The notes: generated by a model not told the origin, from the letters alone. 40,918 nt of DNA from an uncultured Planctomycetaceae bacterium (GCA_964402305.1 CAYOBS010000001.1:1-40918); one strand, 5' to 3'; positions 25,230-34,718 are shown, counted from the first letter of the stretch. Program-made: numbers and translations.

Positions 25230-26597
25230 ATGGCCTCGACGATCCAGCCGTTCAACATCATGTGCAAGCCGGTGTGCGGCATCTGCAACCTGGATTGCAG
25301 CTACTGCTACTACACGGCCAAGCCGCGGGAGCTTTACCCCGGCCCGCGCAAGTTCCTCATGCCCGACGACGTGCTGGAGACCTACATCCGCCAGTACATC
25401 GAGGCCATGCCGGTGCATGTGGACTTCGGCTGGCAGGGCGGCGAGCCGCTGCTGGCGGGCAAGGAGTTTTTCCGCAAGGTCGTCACCCTTCAGCGGAGGT
25501 ATGCCCATGGCGGCCAGGAGATCGCAAACGCGATCCAGACCAACGCCACGCTGCTGGACGATGAGTGGTGCGAGTTGCTCGCGGAGCATCACTTCCTTGT
25601 CGGCGTGAGCCTCGACGGCCCGGCCCAGTGGCACGACTCGTTCCGCCGCGACAAGCAGGGCCAGCCCACGTTCCACCGCGCCTGGGGCGGCGTCGAGCTG
25701 CTGCGAAAGCACAAGGTCGAGTACAACGTGCTGGTAACGCTCAACAGCGTCAACGCCCCGCACGCCGGCGACATCTACCGGTTCTTCGTCAACCGCGACA
25801 TCCGCTACCTCCAGTTCATCCCCATCCTCGAGCGCGACGCCGAGGGCAACGTCCGCCCGTTCTCCTGCGGACCCGATCAGTGGGGCCAGTTCCTGCTGGA
25901 TGTGTTCGATCAGTGGGCCGGGCGGGACGTCGGAAAAGTCTCCGAGCGGTTCATCGACAACGTGCTGCACAAGATCATCTTCAACAAGGCGGCGATGTGC
26001 TGCTACGGCGACCGATGCGCCAACGCCCACGTGCTGGAGTACAACGGCGACCTCTACGTCTGCGACCACTTCGTCTACCGGCAGTGGAAGATCGGCAACA
26101 TCACCGAGCGCCCGCTGGCGGACATGCTGGCCGATCCGCTGCTCGAGCAGTTTGCCCAGTTGAAGTGCCAGCTCCCTGCCGCCTGCCGCAACTGCGAGTT
26201 CCTCCAATATTGCAACGGCGGCTGTCCCAAGCATCACGTACACATCGGCACGGATCCTGCCCGCGTCAACTGGTTCTGCCAGGGCTACAAGCGGTTTTTC
26301 CGCGAGGCCCTGCCGGAGCTAATCCGCATGGCGGCCTACATCCGCCACGGGCAGATCCCGCCGCTTAAGGGCGCACCCCAGCCCACGGGCGACCTCGCCC
26401 AGCGCCAGGCCGCCTTCGAGGCCGGACCGGGCCCCGACGCCGCCATCCCACACAAGCAGGAGCTCCTCCAGGCCCCCGCACCGGCCGTGGCCAGGCCCGC
26501 GCCAAACCCGGCGCCGCCGTCCGGAGCCCCCGGCCGAAACGACCCATGCCCCTGCGGCTCCGGCCGAAAGTTCAAGAAATGCTGCGGACGCGAGTAA
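25230..26597 (+). CDS. Anaerobic sulfatase-maturating enzyme (radical SAM, SPASM) with a C-terminal SEC-C metal-binding motif
   Basis: CGICNLDCSYCYY (CxxxCxxC), GGEPLL, and cysteine-rich SPASM segments (CCYGDRC...VCDHF..; CRNCEFLQYCNGGCPKH). A Pro/Ala-rich linker is followed by NDPCPCGSGRKFKKCCG. Confidence 0.88.
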   Translation: MASTIQPFNIMCKPVCGICNLDCSYCYYTAKPRELYPGPRKFLMPDDVLETYIRQYIEAMPVHVDFGWQGGEPLLAGKEFFRKVVTLQRRYAHGGQEIANAIQTNATLLDDEWCELLAEHHFLVGVSLDGPAQWHDSFRRDKQGQPTFHRAWGGVELLRKHKVEYNVLVTLNSVNAPHAGDIYRFFVNRDIRYLQFIPILERDAEGNVRPFSCGPDQWGQFLLDVFDQWAGRDVGKVSERFIDNVLHKIIFNKAAMCCYGDRCANAHVLEYNGDLYVCDHFVYRQWKIGNITERPLADMLADPLLEQFAQLKCQLPAACRNCEFLQYCNGGCPKHHVHIGTDPARVNWFCQGYKRFFREALPELIRMAAYIRHGQIPPLKGAPQPTGDLAQRQAAFEAGPGPDAAIPHKQELLQAPAPAVARPAPNPAPPSGAPGRNDPCPCGSGRKFKKCCGRE

Positions 26598-26705
26598 ACG
26601 GCCGGGATCGCGGCGCCATGCTTTCGCCCGTAGGTGTTTAGCGGCGGGGTGCAACCACTGGTTGCAGACTGTCGAGAAATGAAGCAGTCACGAATGACGC
26701 GGCAG

Positions 26706-26916
26706 CCTTTGGGAGTGCGGCGTCGAGTCCCGGCGCGCCGGGACGAACACGCCGCTTTCGATGGCGGACCACGTGTCCCTGAATGCGGGACGCAAGGAAC
26801 TCGGCAAATCTGATCTCAGGCCAAGACTCCCCTGGGATTGAAGATCCTGTCGCCTGGCAAACAAAAGCGGCGAGGGCGTCCCGGCGCGCTCCCGGCGCGC
26901 CGGGACACTCCAAGGG
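26706..26916. repeat. Family-C nested palindromic element (long form)
   Basis: cctttgggagtgcggcgtcgag-[tcccggcgcgccggga]-...-caaaagcggcgagggcg-[tcccggcgcgc tcccggcgcgccggga]-cactccaaggg. It is homologous to 34994-35114. Confidence 0.8.
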
Positions 26917-26986
26917 CTTCGCGTTTTCGTGGCGCTTGTCACTTCACTCCAAAGGCGCGGCCCCTGTTCTTCTTTTGTTCCTACCC

Positions 26987-27622
26987 TCAGCCCGCGCCCT
27001 TGAGTCCCACCGGCGCGGTCTTAATGGGTTCAACCAGACGCGGGTAGCTTACCGGCGCGTCCAGGCCGGCCTGTCTGAGGATCTGGGCGGTGAGCCTGGC
27101 TTCCAGGGCCCGGTCGTTGCCGAGTTCGACCATTTGGGCAGCCTCCTGCTCGCCGGTAAGTTTGTTCTTCTTTTTCGGGCGTTTGGTGAACATGTCGTAG
27201 GCTTCGGAGGTGCTGGATATGCTGTCGGTGGGCTTGTCGGACCGGCTGACGAGGACTTCGACGACGGGCTCGTAGCCCCTGCCCTCGGGGCCCTGGCGTA
27301 TGGTCACCCTGACGGCGCGGTAGATCGTCTGGAGCGTGCTCTCGGTCGTGTCGGTCATCCGCGCGGCGTCCCTTCGCCATAGCTCGAAGAACTGCTTGCC
27401 CGTCATCGGCCAGGTTGTGATCGTCCCGGCGCGCGGGTCCTGGCGGTCGAGGCGGAAGTGATAGCTTATCAGCACGTGCCTGCCGGCCTGCCAGAGCCGG
27501 TCGAAGCTCTGCTGCTCGGGCGTCTGGGGCGTGGGCTCCAGCACGGGCCGGGTGTACTTGGGCTGGCAGCCTGCCGGCAGCAGCATCGCCGCCAGCAGTA
27601 ACGTTGGGGCAAACCTTCGCAT
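26987..27622 (-). CDS. Hypothetical lipoprotein
   Basis: MRRFAPTLLLAAMLLPAGC is a signal peptide with a lipobox. AAGGA lies 7 nt upstream of the ATG at 27622. Confidence 0.7.
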   Translation of the reverse strand: MRRFAPTLLLAAMLLPAGCQPKYTRPVLEPTPQTPEQQSFDRLWQAGRHVLISYHFRLDRQDPRAGTITTWPMTGKQFFELWRRDAARMTDTTESTLQTIYRAVRVTIRQGPEGRGYEPVVEVLVSRSDKPTDSISSTSEAYDMFTKRPKKKNKLTGEQEAAQMVELGNDRALEARLTAQILRQAGLDAPVSYPRLVEPIKTAPVGLKGAG

Positions 27623-27958
27623 GTTTTTTCCTTCGCCGCTAGCGGGAAAACCGCCCGGCAATTTGGCCGGACGGTGATTGTATCATAGGCTTCCATTGTA
27701 GCCAAGGAAACCAAACGCGGCTGAAACGAAGCACACAAGACAACCCCCTTGTCGGCTCCCATGCCGGCACCAATGCCCCAGCCCCGGCGTCCGCCCAGCC
27801 GCCGGGGCTCCTCTTTTTTATTTGGCAGCCAAGAGCTGGCAGCACGTCGCTTGTCGCCGGCGGGCGGGGCAAAATGCAACAGGGGCAGGTCTTTTTCCAT
27901 GCGCATAACAGGCACCCGGGCGGGCTTCCGGCGGTTAGAATAACTGGCGGAGACACGG

Positions 27959-29941
27959 ATGCGGGAGCCACAAACGATGCGGACAGTTCGGCGGCGGCTC
28001 TCGGCCGGTGCGCTGGTGGCAACGCTGGCGCTGGCGGCCATCATGGCAACAGTGGGGGCGCTGTGCGCCGCGGCGGAGACAGCGCCCTCCGGCCCGGTCG
28101 TCACTAACTTCCGCGACGGGCAGACCGTGCGGTATCCGGTGGTCCTGCTGGCCGGGCGGACCGGCGACGCCTCGGCAAGGGGCGCGGGGGTTATCAACGA
28201 ATCGTCCAGGCTCGACACGCGCCGGCTCGAGGGCCTGGCCGGCGGCGGGGCGCTGAAGGCACTGGCGGAGCTGGTGCCCGGCGAGAACCGTCTTGTCATC
28301 CGCTGCGGCGCGGCCGAGACGAAACTCACGCTCACATATCGGCCGGCCACAAGCGAGTTCGTCGTCCGCGTCTTCTACTGGACCGACAGCGCCGGTTCGA
28401 CACGCTTCCAGACGCCGGATGCCAACGACAGGCTCAACTGGCAGGGCAAGCTCGACACGGCCATGAAGCTCCTGCAATGCTTCACGGCCGAGCGGCTGAA
28501 CGACATCGGCATGGGGCGCCGCACGTTCAACCTGGAGTTCGACGAGGCCGGGCGGGTGAAGGTACACTTGCTTCGCGGCAGCGCGACGGCGGCGGAGTAT
28601 CACAAGATGTCCGGCGACGAGCTTTACGCCGCGGCGTCGGCCGAGATTCAGCGGCAATATCCCAGCCGGGCCGCGAAGGACCTGGTGATTCCCGCCTTCA
28701 CGTGGTTCGACGCCAACACGGGCCGAGCGCTGGCCCACACGGCCCTTGGCGGGGGCGACCTGGCGCTTTTCGGGGGCGGCGACCTGTTCACCTGGCCGGA
28801 CTGCCTGGCTGGGGCGCAGGCGGCGTTCATGGACGCCCGTAGGGTGGACCCCGCGAAGTTCTTCAGCGACTCAGCCGGGCGGGACACGTACTGGGCCTGC
28901 GCCTCGACGACGATGGGCGCCGCCCTCCACGAGCTTGGCCACACCTTCGACCTGCCTCACAGCACCGATCCGCAGGACATCATGACTCGCGGGCACGACC
29001 GGCTGAACCGGTTCTTCACGCTCATCGAGCCGCCGCGGGCAGGCCGCGCGGGCTCTTGTGCGTTCAAGGCCGACGAGGTCGCGCGCTGGTCGCCCGTAAG
29101 CGGCGAGGCCCTGGCGGCGCAGCGGTTCTTCGAGCCTGACAAGCGTAAGTGGGCCGATGCCGCCCGCACGACAATCACCCTGGACCGCCCCGGCCGGCGG
29201 ATCAGAATTGAATCGCCCGACGCCCTGCGGTACGTCGGCGTGCGGCGCTGGGACCTGCCATCGGGCCTCCAGGCCGTGCGCCGCGTGCCGCTGGCCGATG
29301 GCGCGACCGAGGCGTCGGTGACGCTTGACGAGCTTGACGCGTGGGTGCCGCGGGGCGAGGCGCATCTGGCGGTTCTCGACGGCCAGGGCTGCCTCACGCA
29401 AGTGATGGTCAAAGACCTGCTGGCTGGACCGTTCGTTACGAAGTGGCAGTTCGCCGGCGTGACCGTGCCCTGGCAGGACGCCAACTCGCTGCCGGCCGTC
29501 GATGCGGCAAAGCTCGCCGAGATCGAGGCCTCGGCCGGACGAGCCAAACTCGCGGCATCCGCCGGGCCTTACGTTGACTTCGCGGCGACGTCGGGCCTGG
29601 GCAGCCGGCAGCGCGTGGCGGGGTACGCCATGCGCGAGATCCGCACCGACTCCGCCCGCCGGATACGCCTGCTGACCGGCAGCGACGATTCGCTGCGGAT
29701 GTGGCTCAACGGCAGGCAGGTCGCCGGCGTGCTCGCCCTGCGAACCGCCAAGGCGGACGCCGAGATGACGGATGTGAACCTGCGGGCCGGGACGAACCGC
29801 CTCCTTGTGGAAGTGGGCCAGGCTGGCGGCGCCTGGGGGCTGATGCTCCGGGTCACCGACGACAAGGGCAACAAGCTGGAACTGACCGACGATGGGATGC
29901 TCCGCGCCGCGGCGGAGGCGGCGACGCAACCTGCTATGTAG
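27959..29941 (+). CDS. Secreted zinc metallopeptidase (HExxHxxxxxH, metzincin-like) with a C-terminal beta-sandwich-like domain
   Basis: Signal-like N-terminus LSAGALVATLALAAIMATVGALCAAAE. Catalytic motif ALHELGHTFDLPHS. GGAG lies 6 nt upstream of the ATG. Confidence 0.8.
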   Translation: MREPQTMRTVRRRLSAGALVATLALAAIMATVGALCAAAETAPSGPVVTNFRDGQTVRYPVVLLAGRTGDASARGAGVINESSRLDTRRLEGLAGGGALKALAELVPGENRLVIRCGAAETKLTLTYRPATSEFVVRVFYWTDSAGSTRFQTPDANDRLNWQGKLDTAMKLLQCFTAERLNDIGMGRRTFNLEFDEAGRVKVHLLRGSATAAEYHKMSGDELYAAASAEIQRQYPSRAAKDLVIPAFTWFDANTGRALAHTALGGGDLALFGGGDLFTWPDCLAGAQAAFMDARRVDPAKFFSDSAGRDTYWACASTTMGAALHELGHTFDLPHSTDPQDIMTRGHDRLNRFFTLIEPPRAGRAGSCAFKADEVARWSPVSGEALAAQRFFEPDKRKWADAARTTITLDRPGRRIRIESPDALRYVGVRRWDLPSGLQAVRRVPLADGATEASVTLDELDAWVPRGEAHLAVLDGQGCLTQVMVKDLLAGPFVTKWQFAGVTVPWQDANSLPAVDAAKLAEIEASAGRAKLAASAGPYVDFAATSGLGSRQRVAGYAMREIRTDSARRIRLLTGSDDSLRMWLNGRQVAGVLALRTAKADAEMTDVNLRAGTNRLLVEVGQAGGAWGLMLRVTDDKGNKLELTDDGMLRAAAEAATQPAM

Positions 29942-30486
29942 CGGGTTGAAATCGTGACATCCTGTCCACCGGAGGCTTGCGCCACCCCGTAAGGGGCCCC
30001 AAGGGCCGACCGATTGTTACTGGGCGTTATCGGCCCTGTTTGGGCGATCACCATCAGCGTGTCGGAGGTTTGCTCGTCGAAGTTGGCGAAGGCCGGGCCG
30101 GCGTGGCAGTCGATGCGGTCCAGGCCGGCCTGGCGGCAGGCGGCGGCGATTTCGTCGCGGGTGTATGGGCGAAGCAGCGCTTCGGCCAGGTCGTGGCGGC
30201 AGCCGCCCGCCGACCAGGTGAGCTTCAAGACGTTGAACCGGACGACGTCGGCCAGGAAGTCGTAGAAGCGGACGTACTGGGTATCGCCCTGGCGGGTGGC
30301 GCCGACGATCCGCTCCCGGCGGGCAAGGACGCGGGCGTAGTTGAGAAGCCCAGGGACGACAACGCCTCGCGGCGCGAGCAGCCTGGCAAAGCCGGCCAGA
30401 CGCCGCATTGGGGCCAGGCTGTCGGGGTCGGCAATTTTGCCCAGTGCCACCGGCGGAGGCGAAGTAGTCCGCCCATTCATTCCCAT
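29569..30486 (-). pseudogene. N-terminally truncated class-I SAM-methyltransferase-like remnant
   Basis: The ORF begins directly after an in-frame TAA. It carries only post-motif-II-like sequence (DPDSLAPMRRLAGFARLLAPRGVVV...) and lacks a GxGxG SAM-binding motif. Its last ~370 nt run antisense through the 3' end of the metallopeptidase gene. Confidence 0.35.
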
Positions 30487-30525
30487 TTAAGTGACAAGAT
30501 CAGGTGAAGGCTGTAAGCCGGCTAA

Positions 30526-30553
30526 TAAAGTCGCCCCCGCTATCATCCGATTT
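30526..30553 (+). promoter_or_regulatory. Sigma28 (FliA)-like promoter TAAAGtcg-N12-tCCGATtt upstream of motA
   Basis: taaagtcg (30526-30533) and tccgattt (30546-30553), compared with the consensus TAAAGTTT-N11-GCCGATAA. It is ~60 nt upstream of the motA ATG. Confidence 0.4.
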
Positions 30554-30615
30554 TTACTTCCGGGTCACTAGAGAGACGGGCCTCCGGTTCCGGGAGGCCG
30601 GTAGGAGCGTCGGGA

Positions 30616-31410
30616 ATGCTGGACATTGCCACCATACTGGGGCTTTTTGCGGGCGTTGCCTGCGTGTTCATAGCTGTGCTGGCGGACGGCGGCCAGTTCG
30701 GCCTGTTCTTTTGCATACCGGCGATCGTTATAGTTATCGGCGGCACGATGGCGGCCACGTGCGTTCACTTCTCCCTAAGGCAGGTGCTGCGCCTGATGTC
30801 GTTCATTAAGAAGACATTCAAGTACCGGCTGCCGTCGGAAGACGAGGCCATACAGCAACTTGTGAATTGTGCCTCGGTCTCGCGCAGGGAAGGGGCCCTG
30901 GCGATGGAAGGGCAGTTGAAGGACATAAAGGATTCCTTCATGGTCAAGGGGCTCCGAATGGCCATTGACGGCTGCGAGCCGGCCCAGATGCGCGAGCAAC
31001 TGGCTCGCGAGATTGAGAACCTCAAGGAGAGGCACTTCGAAGGCAAGAAGATGCTGGAGTTCATGGGCGCCGGCTGCCCCGCGTTCGGCATGGTGGGCAC
31101 GCTGGTGGGCCTGGTCCAGATGTTCAGCAATATGGAATCGCCCGAGAAGATTGGCAAGGGCATGGCGACCGCCCTGGTCTGCACGTTCTACGGGGCGTTC
31201 GTGGCCAACTTGTTCTTCATACCGCTGGCGGGCAAGCTGGGAATGCGTTCCAAGGGAGAGGTCTTCATCAAGCAAATGCTGGCCGAGGGCATACTGGCCA
31301 TCGCGGCGGGCGAAAGCCCCACCAGTGTACGCGAAGTCATGCAGTCCTTCGTCTCCGAGCACCGGCGGAACGATATCAAGCCGAGCGACAATGCCAGAAA
31401 AGCAGCATAA
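30616..31410 (+). CDS. motA: Flagellar stator protein MotA/PomA
   Basis: 264 aa and collinear by eye with Vibrio PomA: MLDIATILGL..., AFGMVGTLVGLVQMFSNM..P..IG.GMATALVCTFYGAFVANLFFIPLAGKL. Confidence 0.9.
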   Translation: MLDIATILGLFAGVACVFIAVLADGGQFGLFFCIPAIVIVIGGTMAATCVHFSLRQVLRLMSFIKKTFKYRLPSEDEAIQQLVNCASVSRREGALAMEGQLKDIKDSFMVKGLRMAIDGCEPAQMREQLAREIENLKERHFEGKKMLEFMGAGCPAFGMVGTLVGLVQMFSNMESPEKIGKGMATALVCTFYGAFVANLFFIPLAGKLGMRSKGEVFIKQMLAEGILAIAAGESPTSVREVMQSFVSEHRRNDIKPSDNARKAA

Positions 31411-32038
31411 ACCGGCGGCCGAGGAGGACAGCGGCGGCGAGGTCGGGCTGTGGTACGTGTCGTTCGCCGACATGATCACGCTGTTGCTGTCGTTTTTCGT
31501 AATGATGACCTCCTTCTCGTCGTTCGACAAGGAATCCATGAAGAAGCTTAACGATACTTCCGTCAAGGCGTACCCTTCGATCATGTCCAGCATACAAAGC
31601 GGCCGCAACAGCGTTGTTGACCAGGGCTATTCGTGCCCCGTCCAGACGCATGGCACGGAGAACGCGGCCTACCCCACCTGGGGCGTCGAGCAACCCACGA
31701 CGAGGCCGACGGCGGCGCGCGACTTCGGCGAGCGGAAGATCATCAGTATTCCGCTGTCGAGCATGTTCCTGGGAAGCTCCTGCGTCCTGGCCCCTTCCGG
31801 CACTAAATGCGTGGAGCTCCTGGCCAAGTACCTGTCCGCCACGCCCTACCGCATTCGCCTGGCGGTCGGCGGAACCGATAGGGCCCTGGCACTGGCCAGG
31901 CAGTGGAAAGTCGCCTCCCTGCTGGTTGAGAAAGGCGTCAAGCTCAAGCACATCGGGCTTGCTCCCCCCGACCCCGCCGGCGGCGCATCGCGGACCCAAC
32001 TGGTTCTTACCATGCTGCCCGAGGGGGCATTCCGATGA
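31391..32038 (+). CDS. MotB-like stator subunit, paralog 1 (short, degenerate OmpA-like C-terminus)
   Basis: GLWYVSFADMITLLLSFFVMM is the MotB TM/plug region and includes the conserved Asp. The start overlaps the motA end by 20 nt. Confidence 0.8.
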   Translation: MPEKQHKPAAEEDSGGEVGLWYVSFADMITLLLSFFVMMTSFSSFDKESMKKLNDTSVKAYPSIMSSIQSGRNSVVDQGYSCPVQTHGTENAAYPTWGVEQPTTRPTAARDFGERKIISIPLSSMFLGSSCVLAPSGTKCVELLAKYLSATPYRIRLAVGGTDRALALARQWKVASLLVEKGVKLKHIGLAPPDPAGGASRTQLVLTMLPEGAFR

Positions 32039-32781
32039 GCGAAGAGGGCGGCGGCGAAAAGGTGCCTCTCTGGATCATCTCCTTCGCGGACATGATCACT
32101 CTGCTGCTGGCCTTCTTCGTCATGCTTCAGACGATGGCCCACTCGCGGGACAACACCCTGATGCGAGGCACCCAGCGCGGCTTCACCATGGCCCTGCGGC
32201 ACATGGGGCTGCCGGACTTTCTCTTTGCCGACAATGACAGAACAGGAAACGTTGACTACCGCCGTTTGAAGTATCCCGATGAGTTCGAGGCCAAAACGCC
32301 CGAGGCGCCTCCCCTCCGCTCCGCCGACCCCAAGGACGTGCGGCTGGAGGAGGTCTACCGCAACATCGTTCGCACCATGGAGACCCGATCGCAAGAAGTG
32401 CAAACGAAGTGGATGGCGACCTTTCCGCTGACCGCGAAGTTCCCCGCACAGTCCGACAACCTGGACCCCGCCGTCAAGGACATACTGAGGCAAATCGCCA
32501 CGGCGCTGGCCGCCGGCGCCGGCAGTCGGACCTTTGAGATCATGATCCTCGCCTCCGCGCCCGAGGAGCGTGATCCTGTCGCGCAGTGGCAGCTCTCGGC
32601 GCTGCGGGCCGCCGCCATCGACAGCACTCTGGCTCAGGCCCTCAAGGCAGCGGGCCTGACCAGGCCGCGGGTCTCCACGCTCCCCTGGGGTTGCGGCGAT
32701 GGCGGGATGATTCAGGAGATAGCGGGTGGCCACGGGCAATGCCAGGCAGTTGTCATCGTCAGGGTACGCATCCCGCAATAG
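32035..32781 (+). CDS. MotB-like stator subunit, paralog 2 (degenerate OmpA-like C-terminus)
   Basis: VPLWIISFADMITLLLAFFVML. An ATGA overlap links it to the preceding gene. C-terminal LDPAVKDILRQIA...WQLSALRAAAI is an OmpA-like pattern. Confidence 0.8.
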   Translation: MSEEGGGEKVPLWIISFADMITLLLAFFVMLQTMAHSRDNTLMRGTQRGFTMALRHMGLPDFLFADNDRTGNVDYRRLKYPDEFEAKTPEAPPLRSADPKDVRLEEVYRNIVRTMETRSQEVQTKWMATFPLTAKFPAQSDNLDPAVKDILRQIATALAAGAGSRTFEIMILASAPEERDPVAQWQLSALRAAAIDSTLAQALKAAGLTRPRVSTLPWGCGDGGMIQEIAGGHGQCQAVVIVRVRIPQ

Positions 32782-32801
32782 CAGGCTATGGGAAGACTCC
32801 C

Positions 32802-34718
32802 TCACGGGCACGCGTCGAGCTGGTCGTGCAGTTCGGCGTACTGTTGCCAGAGGTTCTGGAGCCGCTCGTCGGAGGCTGTGTACTGCCGGCCTAGATCGCC
32901 GACGCGGTCGAGGTCGCCGGCCTCGCCGGCCTGGCTGGAGGCGTCCATCAACTCGCGGAGCTTCTGTTCGAACTCCATGATGGACTGTTCGACGGCCTGG
33001 CATTTGCGCTGGAGGCGCTGGCGGTCCCGTCCGGCCTGGCGGGCGGCGATGTTGGCCTGGCGGCGGTCGTGCTGCTGCTTCTTCCGGGGCGGGGCCGCGG
33101 ATGAGGCGCCGCTGCGGAGCTCAGTCCGCCAGCGGACGTAGTTTTCCCAGCCGCCGGTCAGCAGGTGGATCATCCCGCCGTTAAGCGCCCAGATGTGCGT
33201 GGCGAGGGCCTCTATCATGTATCGGTCGTGGCTGATGAAGATCACCGTCCCGGCGAATTCCTTGAGCATCTCCTGGACTAACTCCCTGCTGGGAAGGTCC
33301 AGGTGGTTGGTCGGCTCATCCAGCAGAAGCAGGTTAGGCCCGGCGGCCGCGAGCTGGGCGAGGATTACCCGGCTGCGCTGTCCGCCGCTCAGTTCGGAGA
33401 TCTTCTTGAACACCTCGTCGCCGGTGAACAGGAAGCTCCCTAGGAGGGTCCGCGCCCGCTCGGGCTTGAGGCCGGCATCCACGCTTTGCAGCGATTCCAG
33501 CACGGTCGCGTCGGGCTGGAGGTTGTCGTGCGTCTGCGGCAGGTAGCCCGGCTGGACGCTGGCGCCGAGCTCGCACGAGCCTTCCAGCGGCGCCAGCCTG
33601 CCCATCAGCGTGCGAAGCAGCGTCGTCTTGCCGATGCCGTTTGGCCCGACGATGGCGATGCGCTGCCCGCGGCGCACGTTCTGGCTGCCGACGTCCACCA
33701 GCGGCTTGAGCCGGTCGTAGCCGATCACCAGGCCCGACGTGCGGACGACCATGTCGCCGGCGCGCTGGAGCGGGTTTATCCGCACGTCGACGTGCTGGTG
33801 CTGCCGCGGCTTGGCAATGGCCTCGGCGGCCTTGAAGCGCTCAAGGCGCGTCCGCCGGCCCTGGGCCTCCTTCGTCCGCTGCCCGGCCAGGTGGCGGCGG
33901 ATGAACTCCTCCGTCCGCTCGATGAACTCCTGCTGGGCCTGCCACTGCCGCATCCGCTCGACGAACCGCTCATCCCGCTGGCGGACGTACTGGCTGTAGC
34001 TGCCGCGGTAGATGTCCAGGTTGGAAAACGAAATCTCCCACGTCCGGTTGGTCACGCGGTCCAGGAAGTAGCGGTCGTGCGAGACCACGATCAGCGTCTT
34101 GCCGAAGCCCTGGAGGTACCGCTCGAGCCACTCGACGGCCTCGATGTCCAGGTGGTTGGTCGGCTCGTCCAGAAGCAGCACGTCAGGCTCTTCCAGCAGC
34201 AGGCTGGCCAGCAGCGCCCGCGTCCGCTGGCCGCCGCTGAGGTGCCCAAGGGGCATCTCGTGCTGGGCCGGCTCGAAGTTCAGGCCCGAAAGGACGGTGC
34301 GGATGCGGTTGTCGATATCGTAGCCGCCAAGGGTCTCGAACTTCGTATGCAGCTCCCCGTATGCGATGAGCTTCTGCCCGTCGGCGTCATCACCGAGCCG
34401 CTCGGCGAGGCCGGCCATCTCAGCCGCCATCGCATGCACGTGCGCGAAGTTCTCCTGCATCGACTCCCAGAGCGTCGCCCCGACAAGGGCGGGCGGGTCC
34501 TGCGGCAGATACCCCACGCGCAGGAGCGTGCGGAACTGGATCTCGCCGACGGTCGGGCTCTCCTGCCGGCATAGCAGGCGCAGCAGCGTCGTCTTGCCCT
34601 GGCCGTTGGGCCCGACCAGGCCGATCCGCTCGCCCTCGGACACCTGGAACCGGGCGCCCTGGATGACGTAATCGACGCCGAAGCTCTTGCCAACGCCCGT
34701 GCCTACGATCAAAGACAT
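32802..34718 (-). CDS. ABC-F family ATPase (Uup/EttA-like) with a C-terminal coiled coil
   Basis: Two ABC cassettes are present: GPNGQGKTT...LSGGQ...LLLDEPTNHLD and GPNGIGKTT...LSGGQ...LLLDEPTNHLD. There are no TM domains. Confidence 0.93.
   Translation of the reverse strand: MSLIVGTGVGKSFGVDYVIQGARFQVSEGERIGLVGPNGQGKTTLLRLLCRQESPTVGEIQFRTLLRVGYLPQDPPALVGATLWESMQENFAHVHAMAAEMAGLAERLGDDADGQKLIAYGELHTKFETLGGYDIDNRIRTVLSGLNFEPAQHEMPLGHLSGGQRTRALLASLLLEEPDVLLLDEPTNHLDIEAVEWLERYLQGFGKTLIVVSHDRYFLDRVTNRTWEISFSNLDIYRGSYSQYVRQRDERFVERMRQWQAQQEFIERTEEFIRRHLAGQRTKEAQGRRTRLERFKAAEAIAKPRQHQHVDVRINPLQRAGDMVVRTSGLVIGYDRLKPLVDVGSQNVRRGQRIAIVGPNGIGKTTLLRTLMGRLAPLEGSCELGASVQPGYLPQTHDNLQPDATVLESLQSVDAGLKPERARTLLGSFLFTGDEVFKKISELSGGQRSRVILAQLAAAGPNLLLLDEPTNHLDLPSRELVQEMLKEFAGTVIFISHDRYMIEALATHIWALNGGMIHLLTGGWENYVRWRTELRSGASSAAPPRKKQQHDRRQANIAARQAGRDRQRLQRKCQAVEQSIMEFEQKLRELMDASSQAGEAGDLDRVGDLGRQYTASDERLQNLWQQYAELHDQLDACP

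Noticed and set aside
30965-31390. First 142 codons of the 357-aa ORF 30965-32038
   Set aside because: This part is out-of-frame overlap with motA. MotB-like sequence begins only at the ATG at 31391.
30616-32781. MotA/MotB genes as a Zorya-like anti-phage system
   Set aside because: The MotA here is a 264-aa PomA-type protein without the long C-terminal tail of ZorA. No ZorC/ZorD-like genes follow. A sigma28-like promoter argues for a flagellar role.
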